A stretch of DNA of 64,000 bases from an uncultured Syntrophomonadaceae bacterium (GTDB taxonomy: Bacteria > Bacillota > Dethiobacteria > DTU022). The notes under the pieces are model-generated. The model was not told where the DNA came from and made no database searches. It saw only the letters and a program-made list of their open reading frames with translations. Numbering within the stretch: the first letter of the stretch is position 1; each line of letters opens with the position of its first letter. The position numbers were made by a program, and so were the translations under genes. Positions 57,371 through 64,000 of the stretch are shown piece by piece. The DNA lies in assembly GCA_964420065.1 (NCBI GenBank), contig CAYQQK010000001.1, positions 38,087 through 102,086 on the forward strand. Reading direction: 5' to 3'.

Positions 57371-60300
57371 ATGATCCTGCAGGCGCTTCTCGGCCGGTGG
57401 GCCCGGGAGAGCTCCTTTGACCAGCTTCTTCTCAGTCTGAATAAACCGCGTTTCCGGGCTATGGTGCACGGCCTGACCGGGAATGCACGGGTTTATTTCA
57501 TGGCTGCCCTGGCCCGATCGGCCAAACGTCCTCTCCTGGTTGTTGCCGCCGATATGGGCCGGGCGGAAAAACTTTTTGAAGATCTGCTTGCGTTTTTGCC
57601 TCGGGCCTATATCCATATCCTACCCCCCCGGGAACTTTTTGTAACCGGGGATCTGCTCGGCATGAGCATCGATACATTTGAACAGAGGCAGCATTTTTAT
57701 GAATGGGCCTACACCGGCGGTTCCGGTATTTATATCGCTCCCGTAGCCGCCCTCCTGCCCCGGGTTGTGCCGGTAAAAACCTGGCGTTCCCTTCTGCTGG
57801 ATCTGAAACCGGGCCGGGAGATCGGCCGGGAGCAATTTCTGAACCACCTGGTCGAGCTTGGTTATCGCTGCTACTCGCAGGTGGAAAGCAGGGGTTCTTT
57901 CAGCGTCCGGGGGGAGGTCATCGATCTTTTTCCTCCTGGACGGGATGAACCGGTTCGGATCGAATTATTTGAAGACAGCATTGCCTCGTTGCGTACCTTT
58001 GATCTGCAAACACAACGCTCGATCAGGAAAATGGAACAGATTCGGATCTTGCCGGCTTGCGAACTCGTCCTTCCGGCTGCAATTTATGATCGAGGTGCGG
58101 AAAATCTCCGGCACGAAGCCGTCCAAACCGTGGCCCGGTTGCGTCGGGCCCGCGATTGCGCCGCCGGGCATTTACAGGACAAGGTTGAACAGCATTTGCA
58201 GCGGCTTGGTCAGCCCGGCGGCTTGGAGATGTTATCCGGTTATTTCCCTTTTTTTTACGGCCGCGGTGCGGCTATTTGGGAACATCTCCCTGCCCGGGCC
58301 GTCGTTGTTTTTGATGAACCGGTGCGGGTGAAAGAAAATACAACGGTATTGTGCCGTGAACTGGCCGATCATCGGGGCAACCTGTTTTTAAAGGGAGAGT
58401 TGTTGCCTTCCCAGCTTGATCCAATCTGGACCCTGGAAGAACTACTGGCGCACCTGGATCACCCTGCCATGACGGTTTCGTTCTTTCCCGAAGGAATTTT
58501 TACCGCTCCTGAGATCTGCTTCACGGCCAAGGAAATGCCTCATTATCACGGCCAGTGGGACGTCTTTTTTCACGATGTGGCGCGCTGGTTGGATGACGGC
58601 TTTCGCGTCGTTGTCCTTTCCTCCACCCCCGAAGGGGCACAATCCCTGGTTGGCCTGTTTCGGGAACACCACCTTGCGGCCAGTTTTATTTCAGGACAGC
58701 CCGGAGAAGGCCGGGAATGTTTGCAAGTGGGTGTAGCCGCCCTTGAAGCGGGCTTTGTCTTGCCCGGCTTAAAGGTGGCTGTCGTTGCCGAAAACAATTT
58801 AATTCCGCGCCGTCGTAAAAAAAGGCGCCTTTCCCGTCAAGAGGGCATTACCCTGAGCCATTACCGGGAACTATCCGCCGGAGATCATATCGTGCACGAA
58901 CAGCATGGTATCGGAAGATACCTCGGTTTGAATGCATTGGAAATCAACGGCATCAAAAAGGATTTTCTGCAGATCAAGTACGGCGGCGCCGATAAGCTTT
59001 ATCTCCCGGTGGAACAGGTGCATTTAATCCGGAAATATGTGGGTGAGGAAGGGAAAACACCCCGCTTGCATAGTTTGGGGGGAGGCGAATGGCAACGTTT
59101 GAAAAGCAGGGTCAAGGCTTCGGTCCAGGAAATGGCTCAAAACCTGCTGGCCCTTTATGCCTCCCGGGAAACCGTTTCCGGTTACGCTTTTGGACCGGAT
59201 CATCCCTGGCAAGGGGAGTTCGAGGCCCGGTTTCCGTACGAGGAAACGCCCGATCAACTGCAGGCGATTGCCGCGGTCAAGGCGGATATGGAAAAACCGG
59301 CGCCGATGGATCGGCTTATTTGCGGGGATGTCGGTTATGGTAAAACCGAAGTAGCTTTACGGGCGGCATTCAAAGCCGCCCTGGAAGGAAAACAGGTTGC
59401 CCTTCTGGTTCCGACGACTATTCTTGCGCAGCAGCATTACCGTACTTTTTCCGAAAGGTTCCACGATTTTCCACTGCAGGTCGCCCAGCTAAGCCGGTTT
59501 GTCCCTCCGGCCAGGCAGAAAGAAATTTTGAAGGACTTGGCCCATGGAAAATTGGATATTGTGATCGGAACCCATCGCCTACTTTCCCGGGATGTCCGGT
59601 TTCATGACTTGGGATTACTGATTGTTGATGAAGAGCAGCGTTTTGGTGTTCGGCACAAGGAGAAGTTGAAACAACTGCGCCTTGAGGTTGACGTATTGAC
59701 CATGACCGCCACCCCCATTCCGCGCACGCTCCATCTTTCAATTGCCGGGGCCCGTGATTTAAGTGTGATCGAAACTCCTCCTGAAAATCGTTACCCTGTG
59801 CAGACTTTTGTGGTTGAATATTCCGACCAGATGGTGCGAGAAGCGTTCCAGCGGGAGTTGAACCGTCATGGGCAGGTCTATTTTGTCTTCAACCGGGTGC
59901 GGGGGATCGAAGCCATGGCTGCCCATTTGCAGGAACTCTTGCCGGCGGCCCGCATCGCCGTCGGCCACGGGCAGATGTCCGAAAGGCAGCTCGAAAGAGT
60001 CATGAATGATTTCTTGGAAGCGCGTTACGATATCCTGGTCAGTACCACCATTGTTGAGGCGGGCCTGGATATACCGAACGTGAACACGATGATCGTTTAC
60101 GATGCCGATCATTTTGGCCTATCCCAGCTTTACCAGTTGCGCGGCCGGGTGGGACGTTCCAATCGCCTTGCCTATGCTTACCTGACCTACCGGCGGGAAA
60201 AAATGATGACCGGGTTTTCCCGGAAAAGGCTTCAGGCAATTACCGAATTTACCGAACTGGGATCCGGTTTCAAGGTTGCCCTACGCGATCTGGAAATACG

Positions 60301-60919
60301 GGGAGCGGGTAATATTTTAGGAGCTGAACAACACGGCTTCATGATTGCGGTCGGTTTTGATCTCTACGTGCGCCTCCTTGATCAGGCGGTGCGCTCGTTG
60401 CGCCGGGAACCCGTACAAGAAAAAATCGTCCCGGAACCGCGGTTGGATCTGCAGGTGAATGCTTTTTTGCCCTCTTCTTTCATCGCCGGGCAGGATCAAA
60501 AAATAGATCTTTACCAGCGAATTTATGCCGCCGGCGATGCTGCTGCCCTGGAAGAACTGGAAACTGATTTGCGCGATCGCTACGGTCAGCCGCCCCGGCC
60601 GGTTCTGAACCTTTTGGCGGTGGCAAGGCTGCGCTTGCTGTCCCTGGAACTGGGCGTGGATTTGATCCGTCAGGAACAGGGGCAGGTGATGATCCGGTTT
60701 GCCCATAATGTTCCGGACAGGGAGGCGCTTTGGGCGGTTCTACGTCGGTACAAGGGGAAAGTTGCGCTAATGACGGGACGGAAGTTAACGTTAAAAATGC
60801 GCGCCGGAGGAAATGGAGACGATTTCCTGGCCGGCCTGATCCTTTTGCTGGGTGAGTTGGATGATGCGTTTAAAATCGTTCCGGTAAACGCGGGCAGTGG
60901 TAACGCGCAAAAGTGGTAA
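57371..60919 (+). CDS. mfd: transcription-repair coupling factor
   Basis: 1182 aa: UvrB-homology N-domains, RNAP-interacting domain, SF2 translocase motifs (GDVGYGKTEVALRAA, DEEQRFGV), TRG motif, C-terminal D7. Confidence 0.96.
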   Translation: MILQALLGRWARESSFDQLLLSLNKPRFRAMVHGLTGNARVYFMAALARSAKRPLLVVAADMGRAEKLFEDLLAFLPRAYIHILPPRELFVTGDLLGMSIDTFEQRQHFYEWAYTGGSGIYIAPVAALLPRVVPVKTWRSLLLDLKPGREIGREQFLNHLVELGYRCYSQVESRGSFSVRGEVIDLFPPGRDEPVRIELFEDSIASLRTFDLQTQRSIRKMEQIRILPACELVLPAAIYDRGAENLRHEAVQTVARLRRARDCAAGHLQDKVEQHLQRLGQPGGLEMLSGYFPFFYGRGAAIWEHLPARAVVVFDEPVRVKENTTVLCRELADHRGNLFLKGELLPSQLDPIWTLEELLAHLDHPAMTVSFFPEGIFTAPEICFTAKEMPHYHGQWDVFFHDVARWLDDGFRVVVLSSTPEGAQSLVGLFREHHLAASFISGQPGEGRECLQVGVAALEAGFVLPGLKVAVVAENNLIPRRRKKRRLSRQEGITLSHYRELSAGDHIVHEQHGIGRYLGLNALEINGIKKDFLQIKYGGADKLYLPVEQVHLIRKYVGEEGKTPRLHSLGGGEWQRLKSRVKASVQEMAQNLLALYASRETVSGYAFGPDHPWQGEFEARFPYEETPDQLQAIAAVKADMEKPAPMDRLICGDVGYGKTEVALRAAFKAALEGKQVALLVPTTILAQQHYRTFSERFHDFPLQVAQLSRFVPPARQKEILKDLAHGKLDIVIGTHRLLSRDVRFHDLGLLIVDEEQRFGVRHKEKLKQLRLEVDVLTMTATPIPRTLHLSIAGARDLSVIETPPENRYPVQTFVVEYSDQMVREAFQRELNRHGQVYFVFNRVRGIEAMAAHLQELLPAARIAVGHGQMSERQLERVMNDFLEARYDILVSTTIVEAGLDIPNVNTMIVYDADHFGLSQLYQLRGRVGRSNRLAYAYLTYRREKMMTGFSRKRLQAITEFTELGSGFKVALRDLEIRGAGNILGAEQHGFMIAVGFDLYVRLLDQAVRSLRREPVQEKIVPEPRLDLQVNAFLPSSFIAGQDQKIDLYQRIYAAGDAAALEELETDLRDRYGQPPRPVLNLLAVARLRLLSLELGVDLIRQEQGQVMIRFAHNVPDREALWAVLRRYKGKVALMTGRKLTLKMRAGGNGDDFLAGLILLLGELDDAFKIVPVNAGSGNAQKW

Positions 60920-60974
60920 TCATAAGACGTGAGCTGCTGGGAATGTAGCTGCTGATACGGTCCGGCCGCTGAAT

Positions 60975-61004
60975 GCATAAAAGCCCCGGGGCAGTTGAAT
61001 ACTA
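60975..61004 (+). promoter_or_regulatory. forespore-type (sigma-G/F-like) promoter candidate upstream of spoVT: GCATA-N18-AATACTA
   Basis: tgaatGCATAaaagccccggggcagttgAATACTAtgag lies ~50 nt upstream of the spoVT TTG start. Confidence 0.4.
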
Positions 61005-61052
61005 TGAGGGAAAGCGGCAGACCCAAACTGGCACTACAAGGAGGAGCAAATC

Positions 61053-61607
61053 TTGAAAGCAACGGGCATAGTAAGGCGTATTGACGATCTAGGGCGGGTG
61101 GTTATCCCAAAGGAGATACGGAGGACCCTGCGTATTCGTGAAGGTGACCCTCTCGAAATTTTTGTTGACCGGGACGGCGAAGTTATTCTAAAAAAGTATT
61201 CCCCGATCGGCGAACTGGGTGAATTTGCCCAGGAATACGCCGATTCCTTGCACGAAGCCCTGGGGCATACCGCTTGCATTGCCGACCGCGACACCATTAT
61301 TGCCGTCGCGGGCGCCCCGAAAAAAGAATTTGTCAACCGCCCCTTGAACAATGCCGTGGAGCAGGTTATGGAAAGTCGTAAAAGCGTCCTCATCAACAAT
61401 ACCGCCGAACACCATTTTTACCAGGATTCCGACGGGGTGGGGGTACCACACTTCGTCAACGAGGTTATTGCTCCCATCATCTCCGAAGGGGATCCGATCG
61501 GGGCGGTGGTAATGGGCAGCAAAGATCCAGCGATAAAAATGACCGGTATGGAACAAAAACTGGTTGAAACGGCGGCCTCCTTCCTTGCCAAACAGATGGA
61601 ACAGTAA
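61053..61607 (+). CDS. spoVT: stage V sporulation protein T (AbrB N-domain plus GAF domain)
   Basis: MKATGIVRRIDDLGRVVIPKEIRRTLRIREGDPLEIF (AbrB fold) followed by a GAF-like domain; 184 aa. TTG start after AAGGAGGAG. Confidence 0.88.
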   Translation: MKATGIVRRIDDLGRVVIPKEIRRTLRIREGDPLEIFVDRDGEVILKKYSPIGELGEFAQEYADSLHEALGHTACIADRDTIIAVAGAPKKEFVNRPLNNAVEQVMESRKSVLINNTAEHHFYQDSDGVGVPHFVNEVIAPIISEGDPIGAVVMGSKDPAIKMTGMEQKLVETAASFLAKQMEQ

Positions 61608-61693
61608 CCGTCAGGGGAGAGAGAATCCCTGATTTTGTTGGGGTGTGTTTTTGCCGCTGCAGCGGTCCGGAGGGCGGAGAGCGGAGGGGGAAA

Positions 61694-63322
61694 ATGTCCA
61701 GCCATAGCTCCTTGATCAAGGGTACCGCGATCCTGGCTTTGGCCGGGGTGGCGGTGCGTTTAATGGGAGCGATCCTACGCATTGCTCTGGCAGCCCTGAT
61801 GGGGGATGAGGGTATCGGACTTTATCAAATGGCCTATCCGATCTACTCCACGCTGCTTTCAATTTCGACTGCCGGTATTCCGGTTGCCATTTCGAAACTG
61901 GTAGCCGAGAACATTGCTTTGAAAGATTACCGCGAGTCTTTTCGGGTTTTCAAGGCAGCCTTGTTGATCCTTGCCGCCAGCGGTCTCGCAATTACCCTAT
62001 TGCTTTTACTGGGAGCCGATTTTATCGCCCGGGTTGTCGTGAAGCAACCGCGGGCGGTTTATTCGCTTCTGGCCATCGCTCCCGCCATTTTTTTTGTAAC
62101 GGTTATGTCCGCCGTGCGCGGTTTTTTCCAGGGGCAGGAAAGAATGGGGCCGACCGCCTTTTCTCAAATAGTTGAACAGCTGGGACGGGTGATCGTATCC
62201 CTGAGCCTGACGCTTGTGTTCCTGCCGTCCGGACTTGAATATGCTGCCGCCGGCGCTTCCGCCGGGGCGGTTTTTGGCGGGTTGGCCGGACTGCTTGTGC
62301 TGGTCTGGGTTTATTTACGTCACCGGCCTTCTTTCCAACGGCGCATGGCCGGACAAACCCAAATCCGCCACCGCCCCGGCGGAAGCTACCGCCGGATTAT
62401 CCGCCGTATTTTCGCTCTGGCGGTTCCGATCACCTTCGGCAGCCTGATCATGCCGCTTCTGAACTTGATCGATCTTGCCATCGTGCCCCGGCAGTTGCAG
62501 GCGGCTGGTTTTTCACTGGATCGGGCGACCGCTCTTTTTGGGCAATTAACCGGGATGGCCAGCTCGATCATTTATTTCCCGAACGTGGTCATCATTGCTT
62601 TGGGCATGAGCCTGGTGCCGGCCGTATCCGGGGCTTTTACCTTGAACAAACGCAGCTCCATTGCCAATCGTGCGGCAATTGGCATTAGACTGGCGATGTT
62701 GTTTTCCTTTCCGGCTGCCGCCGGGCTCTTCCTTCTGGCAACCCCGATTACCGTGCTCCTATTCAACAACGTCGAGGCCGGCCTTTCGCTGGCGGTGCTC
62801 TCCTGGTCGGTGATCCCTCTTTCCCTGTACATCACAACGACCGGGGTCATGCAGGGGTTGGGGCGTCCGATTATCCCCGTGCTGAACATGGTTTACGGTG
62901 GGGTGCTCAAGAGTGTGCTGGCCTGGCATCTGACCGCCCTTCCCTCCTGGAACATCGGCGGGGCCGCTTTGGCTTCGGTGATCGGGCTTTCAGTGGCCGC
63001 AATCCTGAACCTTTTCGCAACGGCGCGTTATACCGGATGGCGTTTTCACGCAGCCGATCTGGTCCTCCGGCCCGGTCTCTCCACCCTGGTCATGTCCGCC
63101 GCAGTCTTCTTGACTTTTGATCTTTTTCACAATCTATCCTTTTTGACACCGGGGGCAACTAACGCCCTGGCGACCCTGGCGGCGGTCGGGGTGGGGGTAA
63201 TCGTTTATATCGCCGTCTTGTTGCTGGGGGGTGGGATAAAACGGGAGGATCTGGTTCTGATACCGCGGATCGGGGGGCGCCTGGCGCGATGGGTCGATCG
63301 CTTTGATCCGGACGGGAAATAG
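61694..63322 (+). CDS. stage V sporulation protein B-like / polysaccharide biosynthesis (MOP-superfamily flippase) protein
   Basis: ~540 aa with 12-14 TM helices and the Wzx/MOP pattern (GIGLYQMAYPIY...), in the yabM position after spoVT. Start MSSHSS after GGAGGGGG. Confidence 0.8.
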   Translation: MSSHSSLIKGTAILALAGVAVRLMGAILRIALAALMGDEGIGLYQMAYPIYSTLLSISTAGIPVAISKLVAENIALKDYRESFRVFKAALLILAASGLAITLLLLLGADFIARVVVKQPRAVYSLLAIAPAIFFVTVMSAVRGFFQGQERMGPTAFSQIVEQLGRVIVSLSLTLVFLPSGLEYAAAGASAGAVFGGLAGLLVLVWVYLRHRPSFQRRMAGQTQIRHRPGGSYRRIIRRIFALAVPITFGSLIMPLLNLIDLAIVPRQLQAAGFSLDRATALFGQLTGMASSIIYFPNVVIIALGMSLVPAVSGAFTLNKRSSIANRAAIGIRLAMLFSFPAAAGLFLLATPITVLLFNNVEAGLSLAVLSWSVIPLSLYITTTGVMQGLGRPIIPVLNMVYGGVLKSVLAWHLTALPSWNIGGAALASVIGLSVAAILNLFATARYTGWRFHAADLVLRPGLSTLVMSAAVFLTFDLFHNLSFLTPGATNALATLAAVGVGVIVYIAVLLLGGGIKREDLVLIPRIGGRLARWVDRFDPDGK

Positions 63323-63346
63323 GAAAAAAGGAAGGAGAACCGGTAT

Positions 63347-64000
63347 ATGGCTGTTATCGTCGTCATCGGTTTGGGGCCGGGTTCACCGCAAAACATGACC
63401 GAACAGGCCAGACGTTGCCTTGTCAAAGGGCAACCCCTGTACCTGCGTACCGCCTGTCATCCGGTTTCGCGCTGGCTTAACAATCGTGGAATCAATTATC
63501 ATAGCTTCGACCGGTACTACCGGCGTGGCAGCAGCTTTAACCGGGTTTACCGGGCCATCCTTGGAAAGCTGCTCCGGGAAGCCCGGTGCCACCGTGCTGT
63601 TTATTATGCCGTGCCCGGGCATCCCCTGGCCGGAGAAGCGGTGGTGGGAAACCTGCTCCGCCATCCCCGTCCCGGGCTGTCGGTCCGGGTGGTACCCGGA
63701 TTAAGTTTCCTGGAACCCCTTTTAACGACCCTGCATTTGGACCTGTTGCGGGGGGTGACTGTTCTCGATGCCTTACGCCTGGAAAAATTATGTGAGCCCG
63801 TCCCCTGGAGTCTGGTGATCACTCAAGTTTACAGCCGTGCCGTGGCCTCCCGGGTTAAGTTGAAACTACTGGAACTGTACCCCTCCTCGACCCCGGTGGC
63901 GATAGTGCGCCAGGCCGGGCTGGCCGGCGGGAATGTACGGCGCCTGCCCCTGTACCGGCTTGACCGGGGTCCCTGGTTCGATCATTATACTTCCCTTTTC
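63347..64000 (+). CDS. mazG: YabN/MazG-family protein, N-terminal tetrapyrrole-methylase-like domain (3' end outside the window)
   Basis: MAVIVVIGLGPGSPQNMT...YYAVPGHPLAGE (TP_methylase fold). The frame is open to the window end. Confidence 0.75.
   Translation, partial: MAVIVVIGLGPGSPQNMTEQARRCLVKGQPLYLRTACHPVSRWLNNRGINYHSFDRYYRRGSSFNRVYRAILGKLLREARCHRAVYYAVPGHPLAGEAVVGNLLRHPRPGLSVRVVPGLSFLEPLLTTLHLDLLRGVTVLDALRLEKLCEPVPWSLVITQVYSRAVASRVKLKLLELYPSSTPVAIVRQAGLAGGNVRRLPLYRLDRGPWFDHYTSLF

Overview
This window is a replication-origin-proximal chromosomal stretch of a high-GC, endospore-forming Firmicute (Clostridia/Peptococcaceae-like). Its gene order closely follows the Bacillus subtilis oriC region. 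In order: gyrB (5' partial), gyrA, an accessory pair (a FAD-oxidoreductase-like lipoprotein and a 5S-type carboxyltransferase), a T-box-controlled ilvE-ilvD-ilvB-ilvN-leuC-leuD operon, an EF-G paralog, ddl, a class V aminotransferase, UDG, a two-component pair, argS and serS. A tRNA cluster follows (Ser-UGA, Ser-GCU, Arg-ACG). Next is a small low-GC island (XRE regulator, Spo0E-like, MbfA-like ferritin-VIT exporter), then tadA, csp, tRNA-Ser(GGA), a Bacillus-type large SRP RNA, dnaX-ybaB-recR-yaaL-bofA and a four-subunit 2-oxoacid:ferredoxin oxidoreductase. After that come a DUF3786-like gene with no canonical start, a DUF523 gene, guaB, tmk-holB-ricT, an AbrB homolog fused to a ClpX-type zinc ribbon, metG-tatD, rsmA, veg, sspF, an NAPRTase-like gene, ispE, an NTP-transferase, glmU-prs-ctc-pth, a T-box-controlled aroF-pheA, fin, mfd, spoVT, spoVB-like and mazG/yabN (3' partial). 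I found no CRISPR array, integrase, transposase or obvious defence system. The most unusual items are the orphan carboxyltransferase followed by a cysteine-rich degenerate biotinyl-like ORF, the AbrB-ClpX-ZBD fusion, the start-less DUF3786 gene, the tRNA-flanked regulator/iron-exporter island, and several strong palindromes. Coordinates that I derived by hand (RNA genes, promoters, revised starts) may be off by 1-3 nt.
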